A stretch of 64,000 nt of DNA. Source: an uncultured cyanobacterium. GTDB lineage: Bacteria; Cyanobacteriota; Cyanobacteriia; Cyanobacteriales; Nostocaceae. This document shows positions 1-10,577 of this stretch, one piece after another. The stretch spans positions 3,424,001 through 3,488,000 of the forward strand of contig CAVUDP010000002.1 of the NCBI GenBank assembly GCA_963740315.1. The letters are read 5' to 3'. Numbering within the stretch: the first letter of the stretch is position 1; each line of letters starts with the position of its first letter. Below the pieces are notes generated by a model that was not told where the DNA came from, searched no databases, and was given only the letters and a program-made list of their open reading frames with translations. The position numbers were made by a program, and so were the translations under genes.

Positions 1-2
1 TA

Positions 3-290
3 GTATTAATGAGTTCCCCTAAAAGCGGATTATTAGAAGCTACCTTTGTACGTCCCGTCAATTTAGTTAGTGCCTTTGTTACCAGTTCCCAGCGATTAGT
101 GCTGTCTGCTTACGATCGCGATCGCAAGCTGTTAAATCAAGCGGTACTACCATCTAGTAATCTTGCTAACTCCGACTCAGCACTAGCCCCAAATACTTTA
201 TTGTCTGTGTCGGCACAAAATATTCATTCTATTAGCTTCCACGCTTTTGATGGTCAATTTACCATTGATGACGTAAGTTTTTGTTATTAG
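3..290 (+). CDS. Hypothetical protein, 3' part (frame open to the window edge)
   Basis: Open frame from position 3 to stop at 290; no motif recognised. Confidence 0.6.
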   Translation, partial: VLMSSPKSGLLEATFVRPVNLVSAFVTSSQRLVLSAYDRDRKLLNQAVLPSSNLANSDSALAPNTLLSVSAQNIHSISFHAFDGQFTIDDVSFCY

Positions 291-451
291 TATTGCCAAC
301 AGCAAATTTTACTTTTATAATTGCCTACGATTCTGAATAAGTGCCTTTAAGTATTATAAAATATAGACTTTCTGGTAAAAATATTATAGATTCTTAATTT
401 TGATAGAAAATCCTCGATTCAGCAAATCTTAAATATTGGTAGGTAGGTAAC

Positions 452-1210
452 GTGGCAAAATCGGCTTCGTCTTATTGGCAGCGATTCATCAAAAATATCC
501 CATTCGGGGAGCTTCCGCAGTTAAAGACAACAGCCAAAAAACGAATATTGCATTATAGAAGCCCAGCAACTGTTCTTTGGTTCCTAACAATCGTTGTTGC
601 CATGTTTTTGTGGAACCCGAAGTTATTATTTTCTTGCAGCGCGGGCGTTTTGGTAATGCTATTTGTCTATTCGATGCCGCAGTGGAACTGGTCGCAATTT
701 TGGTGTCATATACGTAATTTCCTCCAAACTCCTCACGGACGTTTAGTATTATCGGTAACTAGTGGCGGAATTGCTTGTCTGGGTACTTATACCGCAGCAA
801 CAATTTGGTTTAATGCGCCCAATGTTTGGATTGGTGCGGGTGCAATTGTCCAAGGATTAGCAACCGTACTAACTTTAATTTTATTAGCTCAGTTGCTAAT
901 CAGTTTATATGGAAATCAGGAAGATAAAGTAGAGCAGTTTTTAGAGAATTTAACAGATACAGATCCGCTTAAACGTTTAATTAGCGTGCGTCAGTTGACA
1001 AAATTAGCCACTCAACAACTAGAGCCAGACACAAAGCAATATATTATTGAATGCTTCCAACTTTTGCTAACAACAGAATCAGAAGCAGCAATTCGAGATG
1101 CAGCTTTTGATAGTTTGCAAGCATTGGAACCAGCCCCTCAACCTGGATCGCATATGAAGACAACTTTAATACCCTTTTCCATCAAAGCCAAAAACCGCGT
1201 TTCTTGTTGA
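452..1210 (+). CDS. Membrane protein with C-terminal HEAT/armadillo-like helices
   Basis: About 4 hydrophobic segments, then LTDTDPLKRLISVRQL...IRDAAFDSLQAL. Confidence 0.65.
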   Translation: MAKSASSYWQRFIKNIPFGELPQLKTTAKKRILHYRSPATVLWFLTIVVAMFLWNPKLLFSCSAGVLVMLFVYSMPQWNWSQFWCHIRNFLQTPHGRLVLSVTSGGIACLGTYTAATIWFNAPNVWIGAGAIVQGLATVLTLILLAQLLISLYGNQEDKVEQFLENLTDTDPLKRLISVRQLTKLATQQLEPDTKQYIIECFQLLLTTESEAAIRDAAFDSLQALEPAPQPGSHMKTTLIPFSIKAKNRVSC

Positions 1211-1224
1211 TGATATTAGGTAAT

Positions 1225-1366
1225 GGAGATGGGGAGATAGGGAGATAGGGAGATAGGGAGATGGGGTAGAGGGGGTAGAGGGGGTAGAGGGGGTAGAGGG
1301 GGTAGATAATTCTTAACTCCTCACTCCTAACTCCTAACTCCTAACTCCTAACTCTTTAACCTTTAA
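1225..1366. repeat. Short tandem repeats (GGGGAGATA, GGGGTAGAG, ACTCCTA, TTAACCT)
   Basis: 7- and 9-mer arrays visible between convergent genes. Confidence 0.9.
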
Positions 1367-1377
1367 CATGCAGACCT

Positions 1378-2127
1378 TTAACCTTTGACCTGATAAACTT
1401 TTCCATCACGTACTTGTACTACTCTTTGGTTGCAGCGTCGTACCAAATGTTCGTCGTGAGTTGTAACAATTACTGTCGCCCCAAAGGTATTTAATTTACG
1501 CAATATTTGGATTATTTGCCAAGAATTATCTGGGTCTAGATTTCCGGTTGGTTCATCTGCTAAAAGTAAGGGTGGGGTTGCTACAATTGCTCGCGCCATA
1601 CTTACTCGTTGTTGCTCTCCTCCAGAAAGACAATCGGGAAAAGAGTTAGCTTTACTCAGTAAACCTACTAACTTTAAAGTAGGTTCTAATCGTCTTTGAA
1701 TTTCTTTGCGCGTGTAACCTTGAGCTTGCAGTACTACAGAGATATTTTCCTTTACCGTTCGCTGGGGAATTAACTTATAGTCTTGAAAAACAATACCAAT
1801 ACGTCGCCGTAACAAAGACAAGTTGTCACCACGTAACGCCGACACATTGCGATCGTCAACAATTACTTCTCCCTGTGTGGCTAATTCTTCGCCATAGAGT
1901 AGTTTTAGTAAAGTCGATTTACCAGAACCACTAGGTCCGGTAATAAATAAAAATTCCCCTTTTTTAATGCTTAAGCTGGCATTTTCCAAAGCATTAGCCC
2001 CGTTAGCATAGGTTTTTGTCACCGAACGCAGTTGCACCATAAATTCACTGCTACAATATTTATCTTTATTTTCTTGTGGAAAATCAGCAGATTTATCAAT
2101 TGTGTTATTGGGTGTAATTACTGCCAT
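1378..2127 (-). CDS. ftsE: Cell division ATP-binding protein FtsE
   Basis: GPSGSGKST Walker [34 protein letters not shown]. Confidence 0.9.
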   Translation of the reverse strand: MAVITPNNTIDKSADFPQENKDKYCSSEFMVQLRSVTKTYANGANALENASLSIKKGEFLFITGPSGSGKSTLLKLLYGEELATQGEVIVDDRNVSALRGDNLSLLRRRIGIVFQDYKLIPQRTVKENISVVLQAQGYTRKEIQRRLEPTLKLVGLLSKANSFPDCLSGGEQQRVSMARAIVATPPLLLADEPTGNLDPDNSWQIIQILRKLNTFGATVIVTTHDEHLVRRCNQRVVQVRDGKVYQVKG

Positions 2128-2229
2128 TGCTCTTTATGAAAATTAAATACAAAGTTGAATACAAAATAAGTATTCCCAGAGCAAGCCTGGGAATATCAAA
2201 ATATTTATTTAAAATTTTCGAGAGTAATT

Positions 2230-2350
2230 AAGGTTAAAGGTTAAAGGTTAAAGGTTAAAGAGTTAGGAGTGAGGAATTAAGAATTATCTACCCCCTCTAC
2301 CCCCTCTACCCCCTCTTCCCCATCTCCTCATCTCCCCCTCTCCCCGTCTC
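2230..2350. repeat. Short tandem repeats (AGGTTAA, CTACCCCCT, TCTCCCC)
   Basis: Visible arrays. Confidence 0.85.
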
Positions 2351-2367
2351 CTTTTCTTTATAAAAAC

Positions 2368-3117
2368 TCAAGCGCCTTTTGTTTTGACACCATAAATCAA
2401 GGCTTTGAAGGCAAATTTGGGTAAAGCCAACATCCGCCGCCATCGCCAAGGTTCTTGATAAAGACGATATAGCCATTCTAAATTGTTATCACCCAGCCAA
2501 GCAGGAGCGCGGGTTTTGGTTCCCGACCAAATGTCAAAACTGCCACCTACGCCAATCCAAGTAGCTTGCGGACACAAATGACGGTTTTTTTCAATCCAAA
2601 ATTCTTGACGCGGTACTCCCAAACCGACATAAATAACTTGCGGCTGCATTTGAGAGAGAGTAGAGCGTAATTTTTCTTCTTCTTCTGGTGAATGATAGCC
2701 AGAATGAGTTCCGACTATATTCAAACCGGGAACTTTTGCCTGACAAGATTTTGCTGCTGCTGCTGCGGTTCCGGGTTTTCCTCCATAGAAAAATACCGTT
2801 GAATCAGAAGAATTTTGTCCAATTTCGCCTAATAGTGCTTCTGCTAACTCAATTCCTGGAATTCGACGTACATCTTGTTTTAAAAGCAATCGTAAATATA
2901 AAACTATTCCAGCACCGTCCGGAATTACCAAATCGGCAGCTTTAATTATCGTCGCGAGAGTTTCATTTCGTTCCGCTTGCATGGTCATTTCTGCATTCAG
3001 CGTAACTACGTGAGTTCCCATTCTCTGTTGCAACCGTTCTAACAAGTAGCCTGGATAGTTGGTAGCTACATGAATCGGTAGTCCTAAAACTGAAAAATTT
3101 TTAGGCGGTTTAATCAT
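2368..3117 (-). CDS. WecB/TagA/CpsF family glycosyltransferase
   Basis: VVTLNAE, IPDGAG, VGLGVPRQE, GVGGSFD, LEWLYRLYQEPWRWRR. Confidence 0.92.
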   Translation of the reverse strand: MIKPPKNFSVLGLPIHVATNYPGYLLERLQQRMGTHVVTLNAEMTMQAERNETLATIIKAADLVIPDGAGIVLYLRLLLKQDVRRIPGIELAEALLGEIGQNSSDSTVFFYGGKPGTAAAAAKSCQAKVPGLNIVGTHSGYHSPEEEEKLRSTLSQMQPQVIYVGLGVPRQEFWIEKNRHLCPQATWIGVGGSFDIWSGTKTRAPAWLGDNNLEWLYRLYQEPWRWRRMLALPKFAFKALIYGVKTKGA

Positions 3118-3839
3118 GCTTTAATCTAAATTTGCCTTACACCAAGTCAAGTACGAAGCTAGTTTATCAAATTTGTTCCTTAATTGTTCGTGTTTCAATT
3201 TCAGTTACAGCTTCACTAATTGCTGAAATCATACTAAATTAGTATTTCGCTCAAGATGAAGAGAATTAGTTATTTTACCCATAATTTGTAGCCCAGCTTA
3301 CTCAATATTATTTAGTTAAAAGCTCAAAGATAATTACAAACACTTAAATACAAAAAATAAGAATAGGTTTTACAACGTTGTATTCTAAGTAGCATTTTCA
3401 AGCGCATCCTTAAACAAACAATTGCAAACAGACTGACAGTATCTTCCAAAACGCCAGTATACTTTTAACAAAGGAGGTGAAAGCAAGTAATAGGAATGTA
3501 GTTAAGTTTAATCGCCAGCGTACAGCTTTTGAGACGAGAATACTATTAATAGGGTAAAATTAACTACTTAGGCACATTATCGTTAATTAACTCTAAGCCA
3601 AAGATTGTATATTTAAACGCTCTTCTTGTATTAGATGCTGTTAAATAAGGCGTAATAAACTCAAATTGTATATTAATAGTGTTTGCAATAACGGTAATGA
3701 ATACTAAAAGTAATAATATATCAACCACCGCTGGTGAGATTTATGCAATTAAGGTACAGATGTGAAGGAAACTGTATATGAATAGACTTTTTAGTAAACT
3801 CCATTTTACAGTTAATAGTTTAACGGGCAGAAAGTTACC

Positions 3840-4556
3840 ATGACTAAAATTCGCGTTGCTTTAATTGAAGATCACGATCTTACCCGTCTGGGTATTCGGA
3901 CAACATTACAGCGAAATGTTGATTTTGAAATAGTAGGAGAAGCTACGAATGCTAAAGACGGACTGAAAATGTTAAAAACGCTGCATCCGGATGTAGCAAT
4001 CGTAGATATTGGTTTACCTGATAAAGATGGAATTGAATTAACTAGAGAAGCCAAATCCGCAGCACCGGGATTGTTAACTAAAATCCTGATTCTGACTTTA
4101 CGCGACAGTAAAGAAGCCGTGCTTGCAGCTTTCGCAGCTGGTGCGGATTCTTACTGCATGAAAGATAAATACGATAGCTTACTTGAAGCGGTGCGTCATA
4201 CTCACAATGGTAACGCTTGGATTGACCCGGCGATCGCTCGCATTGTTTTGCAGCAAGCGCAAGAAAATCCACCGCATTCGCAAGCAACCTCAGAAACTAA
4301 TCAGTTTGTTGAAAAATCTGAGTTTAATAATCCTAATAGCAATCAAAATCTAATTGACCCTTATACTCTTACTGAAAGAGAATTAGAAGTATTGCAGCTA
4401 ATTGTAGAAGGTTGTAGTAACGCTAATATCGCCGAAAGACTTTACATTACCGTAGGAACTGTAAAAACTCACGTTCGTAATATTTTGAACAAGTTATGCG
4501 CCGACGATCGCACTCAAGCTGCCGTGCGTGCTTTACGTTCTGGGTTGGTAGGATAG
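3840..4556 (+). CDS. NarL/LuxR-family response regulator
   Basis: REC domain (IEDH, VDIGLP) plus LTERELEVL...TVKTHVRNIL HTH. Confidence 0.92.
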   Translation: MTKIRVALIEDHDLTRLGIRTTLQRNVDFEIVGEATNAKDGLKMLKTLHPDVAIVDIGLPDKDGIELTREAKSAAPGLLTKILILTLRDSKEAVLAAFAAGADSYCMKDKYDSLLEAVRHTHNGNAWIDPAIARIVLQQAQENPPHSQATSETNQFVEKSEFNNPNSNQNLIDPYTLTERELEVLQLIVEGCSNANIAERLYITVGTVKTHVRNILNKLCADDRTQAAVRALRSGLVG

Positions 4557-4746
4557 GCTTTTTCGTCTTGTCTAGGTATTATCACTGAGGTTAGATAAAG
4601 GCAAAAATATTACATTTATCCGATTTTGTGTTAGGACTGTGGGGGGATGTTAATAACTACCTGTGTGTTCCAAACGGAATGATACGGCAAGATGAAATTT
4701 TTACAGTCTTGCTTGTTAAAAAAATATATGAAATTAAAAGTCAACT

Positions 4747-6444
4747 ATGACTGAGATTGAGGCAGGCAAACTCAAATTAATGGTGGTAGATGACGAGCTA
4801 GATAACCTCGATTTACTTTACCGCACTTTTCGGCGAGATTTTAAAGTATTCAAGGCTAGTGATGCTCGTACTGCTCTAGAAATTCTAGACAAAGAAGGCG
4901 AAATGGCTGTGATCATCTCCGATCAAAGAATGCCAGAGATGAACGGGACTGAATTTTTTGGTCTGACGGTGGAGCGTTTTCCGGATACAATTCGGATTCT
5001 GCTTACGGGTTTTACCGATGTCGAAGATTTAGTTGAGGCGATTAATTCAGGTCAGGTCTTTAGGTACATTACCAAACCTTGGAAACCAGATCAACTTCGT
5101 TCCTTAGTCGAGCAAGCTACCCAAACCTATCACTTAGTAAAAAAAAGTACATTAAGCTTACGCCGTTCTCTGCGGCGAGAATCCTTAGTTAATGCAGTTA
5201 CAACAGCGATTCGGGAATCTTTGGATTACCGTAGTATGCTGCAAAAAATTGTAGCAACAATTGGGCAAACTTTTGAAGCGGCTTGTTGTATGCTCAGACC
5301 AATTGAAGGAGAAAGTTTAGCACCAGACGAGTTTTTCTACAGCGATAATAGCGGACATGAGAATTGCTATTTTAACTTTACTTCCTTAATGGAAAAAGTT
5401 CTCGTTAGCCGTAATTGCGAAGTCACAGAATTTACTGACGATGATGGCAAAAGCTATCAGCAGTTAGCCGTACCGCTGATTTATCAGCAACACCTACAGG
5501 CAGTACTCGTTCTTCATCAGCAGTATGGCGATGCCCAAGGGGCGACGCTTCGAGCGTATCGCAACTGGCAGCATGAAGATATTGAATTAATTTCCGGCGT
5601 TGCGGAACAAGCTGCGTTAGCTCTTTCTCAGGCAAAACTTTATCAGAGCCTCCAGCAAAAGCAAGAACAGATTCATGCTGAATTGGAAGTTGCTCGTCAA
5701 ATTCAGCACAATTTGCTGCGTCAAAGTTTACCTGAAATGGAAGGAGTAAAGGTACAAGCTTGCTGCTACCCAGCACGAGAAGTTGGGGGAGATTTTTTTG
5801 AAGTTTTCGTTCATCCCAAAGGCGATTTATGGTTGGCTGTAGGTGATGTTTCCGGTAAAGGGGTTCCTGCTGCACTGTTTATGGCTAGTGCGATATCAGT
5901 TTTACGTCGGGAATTATCTCAAGAAACCCCTGCAATGCCGAATATAGTCATGAGAAATTTAAATCAGGCTTTAGGGGACGATCTTGTAAGCAACAATTAC
6001 TTTATTACTATGGTATTGGCTCGATATTCTCCCACTACCAAGCAATTAGTTTATGCTAACGCCGGTCATATTTATCCTATAGTATGTTCGCAAAAAGATT
6101 CGCAATCGGACGAACCCAATTTTCTTAAAGTACGTGGAGTTCCTTTAGGTATATTACCCGAATGGAAAGCAGAATCGGGAGAATGGCAACTTGCTTTAGA
6201 GGATATTTTACTGCTTGCGAGTGATGGAATTACTGAAGCTCAAGTTTCAATCAAGACGATGGTTGATAAAGAATCAGATGGTGTTGAACCGCTGACACGT
6301 TCTATGCTTAATCAAGAAGGACTTTGGCAATTATTAATTGAGCAAGAAAAACCACTCAGCCTCAATAAATTGTTGAATCGCATCCACCTTGATACTGAGG
6401 TTCAAGAAGATGACCAAACTATACTTTCACTGGAGGTTTTATAA
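4747..6444 (+). CDS. REC-GAF-SpoIIE (PP2C) phosphatase, partner-switching type
   Basis: VVDDE/SDQRMP REC, GAF segment, VGGDFF, GDVSGKG, SDG, QEDDQT. Confidence 0.92.
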   Translation: MTEIEAGKLKLMVVDDELDNLDLLYRTFRRDFKVFKASDARTALEILDKEGEMAVIISDQRMPEMNGTEFFGLTVERFPDTIRILLTGFTDVEDLVEAINSGQVFRYITKPWKPDQLRSLVEQATQTYHLVKKSTLSLRRSLRRESLVNAVTTAIRESLDYRSMLQKIVATIGQTFEAACCMLRPIEGESLAPDEFFYSDNSGHENCYFNFTSLMEKVLVSRNCEVTEFTDDDGKSYQQLAVPLIYQQHLQAVLVLHQQYGDAQGATLRAYRNWQHEDIELISGVAEQAALALSQAKLYQSLQQKQEQIHAELEVARQIQHNLLRQSLPEMEGVKVQACCYPAREVGGDFFEVFVHPKGDLWLAVGDVSGKGVPAALFMASAISVLRRELSQETPAMPNIVMRNLNQALGDDLVSNNYFITMVLARYSPTTKQLVYANAGHIYPIVCSQKDSQSDEPNFLKVRGVPLGILPEWKAESGEWQLALEDILLLASDGITEAQVSIKTMVDKESDGVEPLTRSMLNQEGLWQLLIEQEKPLSLNKLLNRIHLDTEVQEDDQTILSLEVL

Positions 6445-6447
6445 ACA

Positions 6448-6894
6448 ATGAAAAGCGAGCTTCACGTACCAAGTAACTTGAAGTATTTAAATGTTGTGGA
6501 AAACTGGCTGCTTGGATGCTTACAAGCGGAATTAGGAGAATCGGTAGATTGGAAACGGCAGTCAAATCGTTTGCGTTTAGTTTTAGTTGAAGCTTACTCA
6601 AATGCAGTGCGTCACGCTCATAAGGAACAACCATCTGTCCCGATTGTGATTCGCTTGGAACTAAAAAAAAGGGATTTAGCCCTGGAAGTTTGGGACAAAG
6701 GTGAAGGTTATGATATGTCTACTTATTTTCCTCCCAAACCTGTAGAAAAACAAGAAGGAGGTTATGGGTGGTTGATTATGAACCGTTTGATGGACAAAGT
6801 AGAGTACGAATTACAAGTTGATGGTGGTAATTGTCTTAAGTTAGAAGCCAATTTGCCACAAACAGTAGAAATTGAAGAAAAAGTTCAAAATTAA
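6448..6894 (+). CDS. RsbW-like anti-sigma factor / Ser kinase (HATPase_c_2)
   Basis: EAYSNAVRH, VWDKGEG, EGGYGW; starts 3 nt after the phosphatase stop. Confidence 0.88.
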   Translation: MKSELHVPSNLKYLNVVENWLLGCLQAELGESVDWKRQSNRLRLVLVEAYSNAVRHAHKEQPSVPIVIRLELKKRDLALEVWDKGEGYDMSTYFPPKPVEKQEGGYGWLIMNRLMDKVEYELQVDGGNCLKLEANLPQTVEIEEKVQN

Positions 6895-6984
6895 CTTTAA
6901 CTATAATTCGATCTCACTCATATCGTTTACAAACCATTTTAGGAAAAAATTGTCTTGGATAGCGATCTTTTTGCTCACAGCTAG

Positions 6985-7340
6985 CTGAAACCAACCAGCG
7001 AGCATTCTCAGACAACCAGCGAGCGAGACGCTCGCACTACGCAAACTCCGCAAAACTTATGTGGTTGACCACTATCCGCCACATAAGTTTTGATGGGTAA
7101 AAAGGCTCGTAGTAAGCGCTTCAGCGCCTCCGGATTTGGGCTTAAGCCCTTACTACAAACCTGTCAAAATTAATGAAATGCGCTACTACTACGGAGCCAC
7201 ATTTAATATGATGGGTAATACATTCGTAGTGCTGCCTTCCGCACCTACGGTGAACTCGTAGCGTGTCCTCTTAGGACAGCTTCTAGCTCGCTCGTTACGT
7301 AAAGCGAACTAAAAGCAACCAGTGAGACGCTCGCTAAGGG
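6985..7340. repeat. Cluster of REP/MITE-like palindromic dispersed repeats
   Basis: GCGAGACGCTCGC, CAAAACTTATGTGG...CCACATAAGTTTTG, GTAGTAAG...CTTACTACAAAC (related copy near 23868-23923). Confidence 0.7.
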
Positions 7341-7680
7341 TAAATATTTTACTTCGCTTACTTATGTACCCGTGCAAAATCTGACAAATTAATTTAACTT
7401 GAATCTAAGCGTTTAAGTTAACAATACTTAATTAAGATGATAATTTTTACTAAGTTTATTTGATTAATATCTGGGAATCATCAAATAATGGAAAAGTGGC
7501 TGCACCTTTAACTAGTTATCTCAACTCCGCGAATGCAATGCTGGGATTAACTAAATTAAGGGTGAGATGCTTGTAAGTATGCGCTAAGGTAACTTATCTC
7601 GAAAAGTTCTCGTGCTTTACCGAGTGTCCTTAGCTCAAAATTATTTGAATACCCAAATATTGTAATTAGTAACGACGTTT

Positions 7681-8121
7681 ATGAAAGCTTCGTTTTGTTT
7701 GTCACCGCGCTACCGTTTAGATGATGAGTTACCTTGGCTAGAGGGAATAGATCCCAGTCGTCATTATTGGATTAAGGTAAATAGCGATAGTAATCTAACA
7801 GTCGCAATTCCTGGACTATTAATTTCCTCTATAGATGAAATGAAGCAAGCAATGAAACAATTTCGCTCGCTTCAGCCTGGTGAACAAATGACTTTAGAAA
7901 GAGTTGCCAGTAGTTGTAAAATTTACTGTATCAGCAGCAACTGTTATGCGATCGAAACAGAAATACTGGATGCAGCAGTTTGGCATTTATTTGACGAAGA
8001 AACTTTAGATAGTTTATTAATGACTGCCCATCCCGACTGGCAATGCTCTTCTTCCGATGTCGAGTTAGGGCGAAAATTATTAGTACGTTCCTTACAACAA
8101 GCTACAGCAAATAAAACTTGA
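7681..8121 (+). CDS. Hypothetical protein
   Basis: 146-aa ORF with ATG start and globular composition. Confidence 0.7.
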   Translation: MKASFCLSPRYRLDDELPWLEGIDPSRHYWIKVNSDSNLTVAIPGLLISSIDEMKQAMKQFRSLQPGEQMTLERVASSCKIYCISSNCYAIETEILDAAVWHLFDEETLDSLLMTAHPDWQCSSSDVELGRKLLVRSLQQATANKT

Positions 8122-8178
8122 GTATGTTATTTATCAATCGTCTTTATTTAATATCCGGGTTTGATATCCAATTTTAAT

Positions 8179-8583
8179 TTATCGGCGTAAGGAAAGTAAC
8201 TCTTGCGGAGAAGCCAACAGTTTAATTTTCACATCCAAAATTTCAAGGTTTTGATTTAGAACAAACACCCAAGATACGTTTATACTAAACCAAGGAGTTT
8301 CGACTTCACCCGCAACTTTAACTTGGGTTTGGTTATCTTCTAAGCTTTCCTTGGCACCTTCACGAGGATGAGCCTTAATATCAATTGCTTCCTTGTTTAA
8401 ATAAGTCAAAATAGCATCTCTTCCAACAATCCCTGATTCAAAGGGAGGATGCATTACACCGTTTAGAGCAAATAAGTCAGCAGTTTTTTCATAATCGCCC
8501 GCATTTAAGCTTGCAAAATATTGCTCTATAGTTGGTTCGTTGATTCCTTGAATTGCGATCGATTGCGATTGGACTGCACTCAT
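8179..8583 (-). CDS. OCP C-terminal domain homolog (CTDH, NTF2-like)
   Basis: YFASLNAGDY, PPFESGIVG, VETPWF, IKLLASPQELL. Confidence 0.88.
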   Translation of the reverse strand: MSAVQSQSIAIQGINEPTIEQYFASLNAGDYEKTADLFALNGVMHPPFESGIVGRDAILTYLNKEAIDIKAHPREGAKESLEDNQTQVKVAGEVETPWFSINVSWVFVLNQNLEILDVKIKLLASPQELLSLRR

Positions 8584-8878
8584 AAAATTACCCGTATTAA
8601 TTGCTGATAGTAGTTATTTGAATACAAAAGCTAACCTCTTTGAAAGCTGCTTTAGAAATAATCTACTTTGAGCGAACTACTTCTTTAGGTAGAAGATTAA
8701 AAATCTATTTGATTTTGGATTTTAGATTTTAGATTTTAGATTAAAAAATTTATGGGCTAAAAATTAGTTTTCCTTGTCGGTATTAAAAGAAGACGGAATT
8801 AATGTAAGGTGGGATTAACGCCCACCCCACAATCAAGCGGTTGTATTAGTTAAAAAATATAGACTGACTCTCAGTTTT

Positions 8879-9397
8879 TTAATCAGCTAAAGAGTCAACA
8901 CCCATATCGGTGACAACTCTGCGAAGTACGGTAATTTGTTGACCAAAATCTAGTTCCTTAATGGCTTCCAATAGTTGTGCGCCATCGCGAGATAATTGAT
9001 AATTAGATGGCATTGGTACAACAAAACCTTTAACCATCAATTCTGATAACTCATACCAGAAAGCTAATTTTGTATTAGCGCTGAGAATACCGTAAGCGCG
9101 AGAAACTTGAGTGTTATTTTTTGTAGCCAAATCGCGCATTGCCTGTAATTGTTCGCAGTGAGACATTTGCTTGATTTGATTTAGCAAACCTTCCGCTAAT
9201 TGCAACCGTGCTGCACCTGTAGCAGCAGGAGTGATAGAGCGTCCCATTTCAGTGTATGCAAACCAAAGCACTGCTAAGCGATCGTCTACTCCTAGAGTTT
9301 GGAACACATTTACAGTGGAATTTACCGCATCAATCAACTGAGCCTCGTAGTTGAAATTGGAAAAACCGTTCTTTATTGAATTTGCAGAAAAACTCAT
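8879..9397 (-). CDS. Helical carotenoid protein (OCP N-terminal domain homolog, HCP)
   Basis: DDRLAVLWFAYTEMGRSITPAA, NTKLAFWYEL, QQITVLRRVVTDMG. Confidence 0.92.
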   Translation of the reverse strand: MSFSANSIKNGFSNFNYEAQLIDAVNSTVNVFQTLGVDDRLAVLWFAYTEMGRSITPAATGAARLQLAEGLLNQIKQMSHCEQLQAMRDLATKNNTQVSRAYGILSANTKLAFWYELSELMVKGFVVPMPSNYQLSRDGAQLLEAIKELDFGQQITVLRRVVTDMGVDSLAD

Positions 9398-9623
9398 AAT
9401 TGCACCATTCTTTGTAAACTTCGTAGCGAAATATTCACATTAGGAAGGATTTACTTGTATGTTGCTTTACCTTCTACCTGCTATTGTGCATACAAACTTT
9501 ACAAATAGCAAATAAAATTTACAAATAGGTGAATTAGCAACAATTAGCTAATATAAAACAGGGGATCGTAATGGCAGTATATGATAGGGGTGCGGTTTTC
9601 GGGCAAATCTTAAAATAAGATAA

Positions 9624-10577
9624 ATGAATCAATCATCCTCCTTAAGTAGCACACAAATTAAGGAAAAAGCGCTAGAGTTGGGATTTCATAAAGTGGGTAT
9701 AGCTGCTGTAAATGTTACACAAACCAGCGTGCAGAGATTACAAGCCTGGTTAGCCCTGGGGTATCATGCCGATATGGAATGGATGCAAAACCCCAAGCGC
9801 CAAAATATAAAATTAGTCATGCCAGAAGTGCGATCGCTAATTTGTGTCGCCTTAAATTACTATACAGAGCATCAACGCCCCGAAGAAAAAGAATATGGAA
9901 AAATTTCTCGGTATGCGTGGGGAAGAGATTATCACAAAGTTGTCCAAAAAAAATTGAAAGCGCTCTCAAATTGGTTGGAGTCATTCGGTGAAGAAATTAA
10001 AACCAGACATTATATAGATACAGCACCAATCCAAGATAAAGTTTGGGCGCAACAAGCGGGGATCGGTTGGATTGCTAAAAATGGTAACGTAATTACTAGG
10101 GAATATGGTTCTTGGGTGTTTTTGGCAGAAATTCTCACAAATTTAGAATTAACCCCGGATACTCCTCATACCCAACATTGTGGAAGTTGCACTCGATGTA
10201 TTGAAAGTTGTCCCACCGACGCAATTAGACAGCCATTTGTAGTAGATGCCAATCGCTGCATTGCTTACCATACAATTGAAAACCGCGATGATGAATTACC
10301 TGAAAATATTGCATCTAAGTTAGACGGGTGGGTGGCAGGTTGTGATATTTGTCAAGACGTTTGCCCTTGGAATCAACGTTTTGCAAATACTACCGATGTC
10401 GAAGAATTTCAACCTTACTCTGGGAATATTGCTCCCAAGCTGATAGAATTAGCCAGAATCACAGATGAAAAGTGGGACAAGCAATTTCCCGCATCGGCAT
10501 TACGGCGAATCAAGCCAAAAATGTTACGAAGAAATGCCCGTGCTAATCTTGAAGCATCACGTCAACCGAAAGAATGA
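9624..10577 (+). CDS. queG: Epoxyqueuosine reductase QueG
   Basis: SRYAWGRDYH, CGSCTRCIESCPT, GCDICQDVCPWN. Confidence 0.95.
   Translation: MNQSSSLSSTQIKEKALELGFHKVGIAAVNVTQTSVQRLQAWLALGYHADMEWMQNPKRQNIKLVMPEVRSLICVALNYYTEHQRPEEKEYGKISRYAWGRDYHKVVQKKLKALSNWLESFGEEIKTRHYIDTAPIQDKVWAQQAGIGWIAKNGNVITREYGSWVFLAEILTNLELTPDTPHTQHCGSCTRCIESCPTDAIRQPFVVDANRCIAYHTIENRDDELPENIASKLDGWVAGCDICQDVCPWNQRFANTTDVEEFQPYSGNIAPKLIELARITDEKWDKQFPASALRRIKPKMLRRNARANLEASRQPKE

Noticed and set aside
5432..5875. Antisense or overlapping ORFs in the track (also 21397-22768, 29977-30291, 37549-37896, 55308-55950)
   Set aside because: Shadow frames of well-supported genes, with no motifs
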